Positions 50,353 to 60,820 are shown, counted from the stretch's first letter. The stretch is DNA of 64,000 bases from Chloroflexota bacterium (GCA_040905185.1 JBBDRZ010000003.1:137339-201338), one strand, 5' to 3'. Numbers and translations: made by a program. Notes: generated by a model not told the origin, from the sequence alone.

Positions 50353-50766
50353 GTGAGTGGTTTCTTCACACCCAGGATGTTCCTGATCGTTGGAGGGGCC
50401 GTCCTACTCCTGCTGGGAATCGTCGGATACCTCGGTATCTTCACCGAGGAGGCCTATTCCTGGTTCTGGTTGGACAGTGGTGAGAACATCGCTCACACCG
50501 TCCTCGGCGTCGTCGCGCTGGCAGCCGTGTTCGTCCCCGGCCTGAACAGTGCGCTGACGCCCTACTACCGACCTATCGTCATCCTGGTCGGCTTGATCGC
50601 ACTCTTCTTCGGCGTCTACGGGTTCGTGGTGGCGGGCGACACGTCGGGGGCCAACACCTTCGGCCTGGCCAACCTGGAGAGCCCCGCGGACAACATCCTC
50701 CACCTCGTGGTCGCGGCCTGGGCGTTTGCCTCCGCGTTCATGGGGCGTGAGCCCAGCATGGCCTGA
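50353..50766 (+). CDS. Hypothetical membrane protein
   Basis: Four hydrophobic segments. A GTG at 50353 sits 9 nt after a GGAGGAGG RBS. The ORF track starts at an upstream ATG (50284). Confidence 0.45.
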   Translation: MSGFFTPRMFLIVGGAVLLLLGIVGYLGIFTEEAYSWFWLDSGENIAHTVLGVVALAAVFVPGLNSALTPYYRPIVILVGLIALFFGVYGFVVAGDTSGANTFGLANLESPADNILHLVVAAWAFASAFMGREPSMA

Positions 50767-50828
50767 CAAGGCTCTCGGAGCGCCGGCGGTCCACCCGGAC
50801 CCCGGCGCTTCGTGCTATCCGGCGCCGA

Positions 50829-52031
50829 TCAGGTGAGGCGCACGCGGGCAGCCTGGCGCTTACCGACCCGCACCTCGTGATCAATCCCGGCCGCGAACAT
50901 CCGCAGCTCATCGGTCTGAAACTCGCCGTCCACGCGGACCCCGCCCTGGCGGACGAGCCTTCTCCCGACGCTCCGTGACGACGCCAGGCCGGCGGCCACC
51001 AGCAGGTCGGGAAGGCTGATCCCAGCCAGGGGGACCGTCACTGTCGTCTCTTCGATCTCGGACACGAGCTGCCCGCCACTCACCTCCTGCTCCCAGCGGG
51101 CCTCGGCCTCGGCCGCCGCCTCCTCGGAGTGCCAGCGGGACACGATCTCGCGCGCCAGCTGCTGCTTCGCCGCCTTGGGATGGGTGCGATCCGCGGCCAG
51201 ATCGGCCAGGAAGGCTTCGGCTTCCGCATCGGTCCAGCGCGTGACCAGGCGCGCCCAGTTCGGAAGCAGGCTGTCGGGGATGCTCATGGTGCGGGCGTAT
51301 TGCTCGTACGGCGGATCGGTCAAGCCAATCGCATTGCCCATTGACTTGCTCATCTTCGCCACCCCGTCGATGCCGACCAGCAGCTCGCAGGTCAGGATCT
51401 GCTGGGGGTCCTGGCCAAAGTCGCGCTGTACGTCGCGGCCGACGAGCAGGTTGAAGGTCTGGTCGGTGCCGCCCAGCTCGACATCGGCCTGAACCGCGAC
51501 CGAGTCGTAGGCCTGGAGCAGCGGGTACAGGGTCTCGTGCATCGACACCGGGGCACCCTCGGCCAGGCGCTTGGCGAACGTGTCGCGCTCGATCATACGG
51601 GCCAGCGTGAACCGGCTCATGAGCGCGAATACCTCGCGCAGGCCGAAGGTGTCGAACCACTCCGACTGCCAGCGAACTTCGGTCCTGGCCTGGTCCACGA
51701 CGCGGTGGAACTGGGCCAGGTAGGTCTCGGCGTTGGCCCGCACCTCGTCCGCCGACAGGATGGGCCGGGTCGTGTTGCGCTCCGACGGATCCCCGATCTG
51801 GGCCGTGGTGTCCCCCACCACGAGCACCGCCGTGTGTCCCAGGTCCTGGAACGCGCGCAGCCGCTCGAGAACGACGCCATGACCGATGTGCAGGTCCGGG
51901 CTGGTGGGATCGAAGCCCAGTTTCACCCGCAGCGGGCGGTCGCCGGCGAGAAGCCTTCGGAGCGCCCCGCTCTCGACAACCTGGGCCACGCGGCGGGTCA
52001 GCAGGTCCTCGATGGCGCCGGCGCGATCCAT
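50829..52031 (-). CDS. tyrS: Tyrosine--tRNA ligase
   Basis: HIGH (PDLHIGHGV) and KMSKS motifs, with a C-terminal S4 domain. The ORF-track 5' extension was discarded. Confidence 0.9.
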   Translation of the reverse strand: MDRAGAIEDLLTRRVAQVVESGALRRLLAGDRPLRVKLGFDPTSPDLHIGHGVVLERLRAFQDLGHTAVLVVGDTTAQIGDPSERNTTRPILSADEVRANAETYLAQFHRVVDQARTEVRWQSEWFDTFGLREVFALMSRFTLARMIERDTFAKRLAEGAPVSMHETLYPLLQAYDSVAVQADVELGGTDQTFNLLVGRDVQRDFGQDPQQILTCELLVGIDGVAKMSKSMGNAIGLTDPPYEQYARTMSIPDSLLPNWARLVTRWTDAEAEAFLADLAADRTHPKAAKQQLAREIVSRWHSEEAAAEAEARWEQEVSGGQLVSEIEETTVTVPLAGISLPDLLVAAGLASSRSVGRRLVRQGGVRVDGEFQTDELRMFAAGIDHEVRVGKRQAARVRLT

Positions 52032-52099
52032 GCCCCGATGGTACCCGCCCCCGAGCGCCGGACGGCACCCTTCGAGCCGCTCTGCTAGAGTTCGCGGCC

Positions 52100-54802
52100 G
52101 TGACCTTGTCACCTCCGCCGCCGGCGGGCTACGGATCGCCCGCGCGGACCGGCGCCGCGCCCCGGATGCGCGTTCAGCCATTGCCCGCCGTGATCCTCGC
52201 CACCTTTGCGGTGCTCGGGGTGGGCATCGTGCTCAGCGCGGTGTTCCTGTATACCGCGTACGCCAGCTCACTCCCCGAAGTCACCGCGCTCGAGGACTAC
52301 ACCCCCGACGAGGGGTCGCTCGTCGTATCCGCCGACGGCCGTGAGCTGGCGACGTTTGCCGCCACCAACCGCCGGGTGGTGGCCTTTGACGAGATCCCGG
52401 ACGTCCTGGTCGAGGCCACCGTGTCGGCCGAGGACCACACGTTCTGGGACAACCCGTGTGTCGATCCGCGAGCCATCGTGCGTGCCCTTCTCCAGAACGT
52501 GTCCGCCGGCGAGGTCATCTCCGGGGCCTCGACCATCTGCCAGCAGCTCGTTCGCAGCGTACTCCTGCCGCCTGACCTTATGGCCGATCCCGGACGCCAG
52601 CTCGAACGAAAGATCAAGGAGGCCATGCTCGCCCTCCGACTGGATGCCGCCTACCCGGGCGAGGAAGGCAAGGCCCAGATCATGGAGTTCTTCCTCAACG
52701 AGATGTACTACGGCAATAACGGCTATGGGATCTGGGCCGCCGTGGACCGCTATTTCGACAAGGACGTTACCGATCCCGCGCCCGAGCACGAGGTGACGCC
52801 AGGGGAAGCGGCGCTGCTGGCGGGCCTGCTGCGCGCCCCGTCGGACCTCGATCCCACCCAGTATGGCCGGCCGGCGATGGACGCCGAAGGGCTCGAGATC
52901 CCCGGTGTCCTGGAGGTCCCCGATGACACGGAACCGGTCCGGATTCGCGACAGCGTGCTCGGCAACATGGTCGAGCTCGGCTACCTGACCGATTTCCAGC
53001 GCGACGCGATCCTCCGCCAGCCGGTCTACGTCCGCGTGCCCGAGACGCCAGAGTTCCTGGCCCCGCATTTCGTGTACGCCACCCGACGCGAGGTGGCCGA
53101 ACTGCTCGGCGCGGAGGACATCATCGACCGCGGCGGGTTGCGGATCGAGACCACGCTCGAATACGACGCCTACCAGGTTACCGCCGAGAAGTGGGCGCAG
53201 GTGGCCTACGACATGGATCGGCTGACCGATGAGGAGCTGGGGGCCCGCTACGGCCCCGACGCGATGAACTGGATCAACCAGCTCCAGGGTCGGAACATCG
53301 GCAACGACGCCATCGTCACGCTCAACTACCGGACCGGGGCGGTGGTGGCCTACGTGGGAAGCGCGAATTTCGGCGGGGAGGCCACCCCCATCCACCAGCC
53401 CCAGTTCGACGTCGTGGGCCAGGCCTTCCGCCAGTCCGGATCGGCATTCAAACCGATCACCTACGCGACCGGGTTCGAGACCGGGACCATCACCCCGGCC
53501 ACGATGTTCATGGACGTCTCGACCGAGATCGTGCCCGGCTACCCGGTCGGAGACGCTGACCTGGGCGAGCGGGGCCCGGTTCGGGTGCGCGATGCGCTGA
53601 AGTTCTCGCTCAACATCCCGGTGACCAAGGCCCAGCAGCTCATCGGGACCGCGCAGGTGGTGGACCAGGCTGAGCGGCTGGGCCTCGCGTGGGACCCGGC
53701 CCAGGACCCGAATGTCGCGTCGCTGACCCTGGGCACGATCGGGGTGCGGATGATCGATCTGGCCGCTGCCTACGGCACGCTGGCCAACGGCGGGCTGTAC
53801 CAGGAGCCGTACCTGATCGAGCGCATCGTGGACCGTGACGGCGACGTCATCTACGACCGGGCAACGGACGGCCCAGACGGCCAGCAGGCCATCTCCCCGC
53901 AGGCGGCATACCTGGTCAGCGACATCCTGGCCGACAACACCGATCCGGCGCAGAACGCGTTGTGGGGCCCGCGCTTCCAGCTGCTGACCGATGCCGGCCG
54001 GCGGCCGGCCACCCTGAAGACCGGCACCACGACCGATTTCCGCGACCTGCAGGCCTTCGGCTACCTGGCCGCCGATCCAGACCCGGAGCTCGACGAAGGC
54101 GCGCTCATCACCGGCGTGTGGGTCGGCAACAGCGACTTCTCGTCCATCGACTCGGTGTTCGCGGCCGATGGCCCCACGTTCATCTGGCACGACTACATGA
54201 CCGAGGTCACGGCCCTCAACGCCCTGCCGGTGCGCGACTTCGTCCGACCCGAGGGGATCGTGGATCGGACGATCGACGCCATGACCGGTCAGTCGCCCGG
54301 CGAATTCACGACCACGACCATGGGCGAGGTCTTCATGGCCTCCGGCCCAGGCCTGGCTACCGACGATGCCCACCGCGAGCTCGCCATCGAGGCCGCGACC
54401 GGGAAGATCTGGCAGACCGGCTGTGGTGACTACGTGCCCGCGACTCCGGGGCCGACTGCCGCGCCCATCCCGTCCGGCGAGCCGATCCCGGAGCCGACGC
54501 CTGCACCGGCCATGCTCAAGGTGTTCCTTGACCTGGTCGGCTGGGACGCCGGTCATCCCGCCTGGGAAGCGTCGAACCTGGCGTGGATCGCGAGGCGGCA
54601 GGGTCCGGAAGCGAGCGTGCCACGGGCTCCCCTGCGCGCGCTGGACGCCCCGCTGGCGCCAACCGAAGAGTGCACCCCGGGCGCGGTGCCCACGTCCACC
54701 CCGACCCCGATCCCGACTCCCACCCCGGAGTCGACGCCGACCCCTGAGCCCACCCCCACCCCGACCCCGGAGCCGACGCCGACCCCTGCGCCAGGGGCCT
54801 AG
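52100..54802 (+). CDS. Class A penicillin-binding protein (transglycosylase + transpeptidase) with a Thr/Pro-rich C-terminal tail
   Basis: GT51 motifs (EDHTFWDN, CQQLVRS), a transpeptidase domain (SGSAFKP, SLN, KTG). GTG start. Confidence 0.9.
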   Translation: MTLSPPPPAGYGSPARTGAAPRMRVQPLPAVILATFAVLGVGIVLSAVFLYTAYASSLPEVTALEDYTPDEGSLVVSADGRELATFAATNRRVVAFDEIPDVLVEATVSAEDHTFWDNPCVDPRAIVRALLQNVSAGEVISGASTICQQLVRSVLLPPDLMADPGRQLERKIKEAMLALRLDAAYPGEEGKAQIMEFFLNEMYYGNNGYGIWAAVDRYFDKDVTDPAPEHEVTPGEAALLAGLLRAPSDLDPTQYGRPAMDAEGLEIPGVLEVPDDTEPVRIRDSVLGNMVELGYLTDFQRDAILRQPVYVRVPETPEFLAPHFVYATRREVAELLGAEDIIDRGGLRIETTLEYDAYQVTAEKWAQVAYDMDRLTDEELGARYGPDAMNWINQLQGRNIGNDAIVTLNYRTGAVVAYVGSANFGGEATPIHQPQFDVVGQAFRQSGSAFKPITYATGFETGTITPATMFMDVSTEIVPGYPVGDADLGERGPVRVRDALKFSLNIPVTKAQQLIGTAQVVDQAERLGLAWDPAQDPNVASLTLGTIGVRMIDLAAAYGTLANGGLYQEPYLIERIVDRDGDVIYDRATDGPDGQQAISPQAAYLVSDILADNTDPAQNALWGPRFQLLTDAGRRPATLKTGTTTDFRDLQAFGYLAADPDPELDEGALITGVWVGNSDFSSIDSVFAADGPTFIWHDYMTEVTALNALPVRDFVRPEGIVDRTIDAMTGQSPGEFTTTTMGEVFMASGPGLATDDAHRELAIEAATGKIWQTGCGDYVPATPGPTAAPIPSGEPIPEPTPAPAMLKVFLDLVGWDAGHPAWEASNLAWIARRQGPEASVPRAPLRALDAPLAPTEECTPGAVPTSTPTPIPTPTPESTPTPEPTPTPTPEPTPTPAPGA
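54691..54793 (+). repeat. Low-complexity coding repeat (TPxP)n within the PBP 3' end, including two copies of a ccggag-cgacgccgacccctg unit
   Basis: The nucleotide direct repeats are read directly and encode PTPIPTPTPESTPTPEPTPTPTPEPTPTPAPGA. Confidence 0.5.
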
Positions 54803-57174
54803 AGCTCCCCGACCGTCGCTCCGTCCCCGCCTTCCGCGCGCCGCCCTCGCCGCTGGGTGCGGACCCGCGGATGGTCGGCCAGGTACTCGCGGATGGCGCG
54901 CCGCAGCGCTCCGGTTCCAGCCCCGTGGATGATGACCACCTGGTCGGCGCCGGCCAGCAGCGCCTGGTCGAGATGGGCCGCCAGCCGTTCGAGGGCGGCC
55001 TCCACCCGCTCGCCCCGCAGGTCCAGGCTGGGAGGAAGCTCGGCGGCGGCGCGGCGCACCAGCTCCTCGGCCGCCAGGTCACGCTCGGGTGGCGCGGCCC
55101 CGGGCTCGTCCACGACCTCGACGTCGTCGCCGGGGACCACCAAGCGGGCGCCATCCGCATCCAATGTGACCCGCCCGGTGCGGCCGCTGATGGCCGCGAT
55201 CCGCCCGCTCCGTCTCAGGGTTCGGCTGCGACCCCACAGCCCGACGCGGGGCTGGAGTCCGGGCTCGAGCGCGGCTTCGTCTGCGACCAGCTCCGTGGGC
55301 AGAGGGGCGGCGGCGATACGGGCCCGGCGGCGGGCGGTGCGCGCCCCAAGATCCGCCAGGGCGGCTGAATCGGAACGGCGGGCGGCCCGCCGGGCCTCGG
55401 CGACCTCGCGTTCGGCAGCCGCGAGCAGCGAATCGGCCGCCCGCCGCGCCTCGACCAGGATCCGAGCCGCCTCCCGCCGGGCGCGGCCGGTCCCGACTTC
55501 GGCCCGCTCCCGCTCGGCGCGGGCTGCGTGGCGCTCTTCGGAGGCAGTCGCGAGCGCCTCGGCGCGTTCGGACTCGGCGCGGCGGATGGCGGCCAGCGTT
55601 TCCTCCAGCGACGCGTGGGTGGACGAGATCCGCTCGCGGGCCACGGCCAGCACCTCGGGCGCCAGGCCCAGGCGCTCCGCGATGGCGAACGCCTGGGAAG
55701 CGCCGGGGAGTCCGATCGACAGGTGGTAGGTGGGGCGCAACGTGGCCACGTCGAACTCGACCGCAGCGTTCGTCACGCCCGGTTGGGTCTCGGCGAAGGC
55801 CTTCAACTCGGCGTAGTGGGTGGTGGCGGCCACCAGCGCCCCGCGCTCGAGGAGGATCGTGACCACCGCCATGGCCAGGGCCGAGCCCTCGGTCGGATCG
55901 GTCCCGGCGCCGATTTCGTCGAGGAGCACCAGGGTCTGCGGTCCGGCGACCTCGAGGAAGCGGACGACGTTCCGCAGGTGGCTCGAGAACGTTGACAGCG
56001 ACTGGGCAATGCTCTGTTCGTCGCCGATGTCGGCCATGATCCGCGCGAACACCGGCAGCCGCGCCCCGTCCGCCGCCGGCACGCGCAGCCCGGACTGGTG
56101 CATGAGGGCCAGCAGACCCAGGGTCTTCAGGGCCACCGTCTTGCCGCCCGTGTTGGGGCCGGTGATCACCAGCGCGCGATACCCGAACCGCTCGCCCAGG
56201 CGCAGGTCGATGGGTACCGCCTCGGGGCCCAGCAGCGGGTGACGGGCGGAGAGGAGCTCAACGGCGCCCTCCGCCACGGCGGGCCGCACGGCGTCCATAT
56301 CTCCCGCCAGCCGGGCGCGCGCCAGCCACAGGTCGGCCCGTGCCAGGGCCGACAGCGAAGTGGATAGCCCCTCCGCCTGCCGCTCGACCTCGCGCGACAG
56401 GGCCTCGAGGACCCGCGCCTCCTCCTCGGCCGCCTCGAGCGTGGCCTCGGTCCAGGCGTTGTTCAGCTCCACCACCGCCAGGGGCTCGATGAACAGGGTG
56501 GCCGCCGATGCGCTCTGGTCGTGGACGATGCCCGGGACACGGCCCTTGGCCTCGGCTCGGACCGGGATCACGTACCGGCCGGCCCGCTGGGTGACGATGG
56601 CGTCGCCGATGGCGCCAACCAGCTCCGGGGAGTGGAGCATTGCGTTCAGCCGCTCGCGGAGGCGCTCCTGCGCCACTCGCATCCGGCGCCGCGCCGTCTT
56701 CAGCGTCGGCGACGCGCTGTCCAGGACTTCCCCGCTGGGATCGATGCTGCGCTCGATCCGCTCACGGAGGGCAGGCGCCGGCTCGAGATCCTCGCGCACG
56801 CCCGCCAGCTGAGGAGCCGACCAGCGGCTCAGCCGGCGTCGAAACAGGTCGGTCGCGTGAAGGGTGCCGGCCACGTCCAGCAGCTCGGCCGGCGCAAGGC
56901 GTCCGCCGCGCCGGGCGCGGGCCAGCGCCTCCCGGATGTCGCGCGCACCCCCGATCGTGGCATCGGCATGCATCTCAAGCAGACGCGCCGCCTCATCGGT
57001 CTGGTCGTGGAGGAGCGCGACGTGGACCGCATCGCCAACCGGGAGCGTGGCCTCCGCCAGCTCGCGCGAGGGCGCGAACGCGGTCCGCGCGGCCAACTGC
57101 TCGGTGATGGCCGAAAACTCCAGCGCCCGCAGGCTGGCGGCGTCGGGCTCAGCGGCGCGAGAGGTGCGGGTCAT
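54799..57174 (-). CDS. mutS2: Endonuclease MutS2
   Basis: MutS domain V ATPase (GPNTGGKT) and a C-terminal Smr domain. The stop overlaps the PBP stop convergently. Confidence 0.9.
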   Translation of the reverse strand: MTRTSRAAEPDAASLRALEFSAITEQLAARTAFAPSRELAEATLPVGDAVHVALLHDQTDEAARLLEMHADATIGGARDIREALARARRGGRLAPAELLDVAGTLHATDLFRRRLSRWSAPQLAGVREDLEPAPALRERIERSIDPSGEVLDSASPTLKTARRRMRVAQERLRERLNAMLHSPELVGAIGDAIVTQRAGRYVIPVRAEAKGRVPGIVHDQSASAATLFIEPLAVVELNNAWTEATLEAAEEEARVLEALSREVERQAEGLSTSLSALARADLWLARARLAGDMDAVRPAVAEGAVELLSARHPLLGPEAVPIDLRLGERFGYRALVITGPNTGGKTVALKTLGLLALMHQSGLRVPAADGARLPVFARIMADIGDEQSIAQSLSTFSSHLRNVVRFLEVAGPQTLVLLDEIGAGTDPTEGSALAMAVVTILLERGALVAATTHYAELKAFAETQPGVTNAAVEFDVATLRPTYHLSIGLPGASQAFAIAERLGLAPEVLAVARERISSTHASLEETLAAIRRAESERAEALATASEERHAARAERERAEVGTGRARREAARILVEARRAADSLLAAAEREVAEARRAARRSDSAALADLGARTARRRARIAAAPLPTELVADEAALEPGLQPRVGLWGRSRTLRRSGRIAAISGRTGRVTLDADGARLVVPGDDVEVVDEPGAAPPERDLAAEELVRRAAAELPPSLDLRGERVEAALERLAAHLDQALLAGADQVVIIHGAGTGALRRAIREYLADHPRVRTQRRGRRAEGGDGATVGEL

Positions 57175-57736
57175 TCGGAATCACGAACCGATACGGGCGC
57201 GCAGCCCAGGCGCCCGCGTAGCCGACGCCGATCCGCGTGCGGTACGCGACCGCGGGTGGTGGGGCGCCCAGGTGGAGGCGGACGGGACCGGTCAGCAGGT
57301 CGGCGCCGCTCAGGTCGCGACCGATGCCCAACGCCCGCCCGAGGTTGCCTGGGCCTGCCGCCAGGCGGGCAGTCGCGGGTTTCGGACCTCGTCGTCGGCG
57401 CGCCAGATCCTCGCCCTCGGTGACCTCGCCCGCGCGCAGGAGCACGGCCTCGGGCTTGGTTCCGGGCCCGCACACCACGTTCACGCAGTCGTGGATCCCG
57501 TAGATCCGATACACGTACAGGTGCCCCGGTGGCCCCCACATCGGCTCGTTGCGCGCCGTCCGGCCGCGGGCCGAGTGCGCGGCCGAGTCCTCCGGGCCCA
57601 GGTAGGCCTCGGTCTCGATCAGGCGCACCGTCACCCGACCCTCCGGCGTTTCATGCGTCAAGAAGGCGCCCAGCAGCTCGGGCGCGACGTCGAGGGCCGA
57701 GCGGTCGAACCAGCGGCGATCGGTCAGCGGGGTCAG
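57149..57736 (-). CDS. mpg: DNA-3-methyladenine glycosylase (Mpg/AAG family); start codon unresolved
   Basis: Conserved core LDVAPELLGAF...VEVEAYLG...MWGPPGHLYVYRIYGIHDCVNVVCG. No ATG/GTG/TTG lies in frame within ~55 codons upstream of the conserved N-terminus. The 5' end abuts the cvpA stop. Confidence 0.65.
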   Translation of the reverse strand: MTPLTDRRWFDRSALDVAPELLGAFLTHETPEGRVTVRLIETEAYLGPEDSAAHSARGRTARNEPMWGPPGHLYVYRIYGIHDCVNVVCGPGTKPEAVLLRAGEVTEGEDLARRRRGPKPATARLAAGPGNLGRALGIGRDLSGADLLTGPVRLHLGAPPPAVAYRTRIGVGYAGAWAARPYRFVIPNDPHLSRR

Positions 57737-58302
57737 GAGCCCAGAAACTGGTCGATGTCGTCGGGGACGAACGGGCGCAGCACGAACCCGACGACGGGAA
57801 TCACGTAGTCGCGGAACCAGCTCACCAGCACCGAGTCGTTGAGGAACTGGTACAGCGGGCCGAGCACCGGCGAGGCGTCGACAAGAGCCTGGTCTGCCTG
57901 CAGGAAGTAGGTGTCCAGCGCGAGGAGTGCGACGCTGTAGACCAGGACCACGAACAGCACCCCCAGGACCGCGCCGCCGATCTCGTCCACCTGGCGATAG
58001 ATCGGCAGCCGGGTCTGCCGATAGAACATGCGCACCAGGAACCATCCGCCGACGATGCCGATGACCAGGAGCGCGATATAGATCCACAGCTCCTGCTGCT
58101 GGGGGGTGGAGGCCCTCCAGACGGTCCCGAGCGCGTCCGCGATGGGACCCTTGAGCAGGCTGGCCACGACGAAGGCCACCAGGACCGCGACCGAGCTCAG
58201 GATGTAGCGCAGGGTGCCCTGCGTGAACCCCATCAGCACGCCACCGGCCAGCGTGACCAGCACCACCAGGTCGGCAACCGTGAACTCGGCGATTACTTCC
58301 AC
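57733..58302 (-). CDS. cvpA: CvpA-family membrane protein (colicin V production protein homolog)
   Basis: A four-TM CvpA-like protein. A GTG start sits 8 nt after a GGAGGA RBS. The ORF-track 5' extension was discarded. Confidence 0.7.
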   Translation of the reverse strand: MEVIAEFTVADLVVLVTLAGGVLMGFTQGTLRYILSSVAVLVAFVVASLLKGPIADALGTVWRASTPQQQELWIYIALLVIGIVGGWFLVRMFYRQTRLPIYRQVDEIGGAVLGVLFVVLVYSVALLALDTYFLQADQALVDASPVLGPLYQFLNDSVLVSWFRDYVIPVVGFVLRPFVPDDIDQFLGS

Positions 58303-58366
58303 GTCGGCTCGTCCTCCAATCGACGCCGCGAAGGGTACCAGCGGTGTCCACCAAACGGGCTCCGTA

Positions 58367-60817
58367 CTATCGGATCTCGGCCCCCAGGTGGTGCCGCAGG
58401 GCGCCGCGAATCTTGTCCATGGCGCGATCCACGGCCCGTTCGTCCGCGGCCGACTGGGGCTGGAAGCGAAACGCGAGCCCGTACGAGATCCGCCCTTCGC
58501 CGACCTGCGCGCCGCGGTACACATCGAACAGCTGCAGGTCGGCGAGCATGGGCCCCGCGTTGCGGCGCGCCAGGCGCAGCAGCTCCCCGACCGGCGTCGC
58601 CGCGTCCACGACGACCGCCAGGTCCCGGTCCACCGGCTGGGCGGCGGGGATCGGCCCCGCACGCTGGCTCAGCGGCGGCAGGTCGAACAGGCCATTGGGC
58701 TCCAGGTGGAGGGCGGCCACGAGCGGGCGGCCCGGCAGGTCCCACGACACGGCCACGGCCGGCTCCACCTCCCCCACCGACCCGTAGGAACGATCGCTTC
58801 CGTCCACCACCCGGGCCGCGCGGCCGGGGTGCAGGTGCGGATGGTGCTCGGCGGGGCTCTCGGGGCGGTAGGCCGGGGCGGGCATCCCCAGCGCGGCGTG
58901 CAGGGCGTCCACGATCCCCTTCAGGTCCGCCACGTCCCACTCGCGTGCCGCCTCCCCTGGGTAGCGGGGCGTCGCCGACCCCAGCAGGCCAATGCCCACC
59001 GTCCAGGCCTCGTGGTACGCGCCGGCGGCCTGCGGCAGCTCGGCGCCGGACCGACCCGACGCGGCCGGCGGTCGGTATCGGTAGATCTTGCCGACCTCGA
59101 AGATCGCGAGGTCGGTGCGGCGCTGGCGGACGTTCGCGGCCAGGGCTGACAGGACCGAGGGGTAGGGCACGGGGCGGAGGATGGCGTGCTCTTCGGACAG
59201 CGGGTTCGCCACGCGCACCAGGTGCGATGCCGTGGCGTCGAACCCGGAGCGCGACAGGTCCGCGGGTCCGATGAGCGCATGAGTCACCACCTCGTCCAGG
59301 CCCAGACCGGCCAGGACCCGTCGCAGGAGGTGGCGCGGCTCGCTCGGATCGGGTCGGCTTGGCGGCAAATCGGCGGCAGGCAGCTTGCCGGGGATGCGGT
59401 CATAGCCGTATACCCGGGCCAGCTCCTCGGCGACGTCCGCAGCCCCGCTCACATCGAGCCGATAGGCGGGCACCGTCACCGCCAGTCGCACGGCGTCCAG
59501 GTCGATGGTATCGAAGCCCAGCGGTGCCAACCACTTCGCCGCGCCTGCGCCGTCGACCGGGATCCCCAGCAGGCGCGAGGTGCGGGCGGTGTCGACCTCG
59601 ACCACCCGACGGGGATGCGGCCCCGGGTCGTTGTCCACGATGCCGACCGCCACCCGGGACCCGGTGATCTCGGCGATGAGAGCCGCGGCACGGTCGACCG
59701 CCAGACGCGGCAGATCCGGGGAGATGCCCTTCTCATGGCGCATCGACGCCTCGGACCGGAGACCCAGCCGGCGGGCCGTGTTGCGCACGCTGGGCCCGTG
59801 GAAGATGGCCGACTCCAGGATCACGCGCTGCGTTGCGTCGTCGACCTCGGTGTCCGCGCCGCCCATGATCCCGGCGAACCCGATCGGGCGCTCCGCATCG
59901 GCGATGACGAGCATCCGCTCATCGAGGGGCCGCTCAAGGTGATCGATGGTGACCAGCGACTCCCCGGGGCGCGCCCGACGGACCACGATCCGCCCCTCCG
60001 GGATGTGGTCGGCGTCATACGCGTGCATCGGCTGCCCGAGCTCGTGCATCACGTAGTTCGTGACGTCCACCACTGGCGAAATGAGGCGCATCCCGGCCGC
60101 CCGCAGGCGCTGCGCCATCCAGCCCGGCGTTTCCCCCGGACCGATCCCGTCCAGCAGCCGGGCCGTGAAGCGCGGGCACAGGTCGGGGTCGGCGATCTCG
60201 ACCCGGACTTCGTCGGCGGTCGGCTCGCCGCTCTCGGCCAGCGTCACCTCCGGGTAGCGCACGGTCGTTCCGGTGGCGGCGGCGATCTCCCGCGCCAGCC
60301 CGACCATGGACAGGGCGTCGCCGCGGTTGGGCTTGACGTCAACGTCGAGGACCGTCTCCCCCACCGCCTCGCCCAGGTCCATGCCGAGTCGATGCTCGTC
60401 GGCAGTCCCCAGGATCAGGATCCCGTCGGCATCGTCGCCCAGGCCCAGCTCGATGGGGCTGCACAGCATCCCGTTCGAGACCGCGCCCCGGATCTTGGTA
60501 CGGCCGATGCGCCGGCCGGCGAGCACCGCCCCGGGCAGCGCGACGGGCACGAGCTGGCCGACCGACAGGTTCTGGGCGCCGCACACGATCTCCAGGGCAG
60601 CTCCGTCCCCGACGTCGACCTTTGTCAACCACAGGGTCTCCGCGTTCGGGTGTCGCTCGACCTCCAGGACTCGCCCGACGACCACCCCGCTCCATTCGCC
60701 GCCGGCGGCTTCCACCGCCTTGACTTCGAAGCCGAGCAGGGTCAGGCGCTCCGCAAGCTCACCAGGCGACAGCTCGAAGTCCACGTACTCGCGCAGCCAC
60801 GACAGGGGGACTCGCAC
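58367..60817 (-). CDS. pheT: Phenylalanine--tRNA ligase beta subunit
   Basis: 816 aa with full PheT domain architecture (tRNA-binding, B3/B4, B5, FDX-ACB). Confidence 0.95.
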   Translation of the reverse strand: MRVPLSWLREYVDFELSPGELAERLTLLGFEVKAVEAAGGEWSGVVVGRVLEVERHPNAETLWLTKVDVGDGAALEIVCGAQNLSVGQLVPVALPGAVLAGRRIGRTKIRGAVSNGMLCSPIELGLGDDADGILILGTADEHRLGMDLGEAVGETVLDVDVKPNRGDALSMVGLAREIAAATGTTVRYPEVTLAESGEPTADEVRVEIADPDLCPRFTARLLDGIGPGETPGWMAQRLRAAGMRLISPVVDVTNYVMHELGQPMHAYDADHIPEGRIVVRRARPGESLVTIDHLERPLDERMLVIADAERPIGFAGIMGGADTEVDDATQRVILESAIFHGPSVRNTARRLGLRSEASMRHEKGISPDLPRLAVDRAAALIAEITGSRVAVGIVDNDPGPHPRRVVEVDTARTSRLLGIPVDGAGAAKWLAPLGFDTIDLDAVRLAVTVPAYRLDVSGAADVAEELARVYGYDRIPGKLPAADLPPSRPDPSEPRHLLRRVLAGLGLDEVVTHALIGPADLSRSGFDATASHLVRVANPLSEEHAILRPVPYPSVLSALAANVRQRRTDLAIFEVGKIYRYRPPAASGRSGAELPQAAGAYHEAWTVGIGLLGSATPRYPGEAAREWDVADLKGIVDALHAALGMPAPAYRPESPAEHHPHLHPGRAARVVDGSDRSYGSVGEVEPAVAVSWDLPGRPLVAALHLEPNGLFDLPPLSQRAGPIPAAQPVDRDLAVVVDAATPVGELLRLARRNAGPMLADLQLFDVYRGAQVGEGRISYGLAFRFQPQSAADERAVDRAMDKIRGALRHHLGAEIR

Positions 60818-60820
60818 GGC

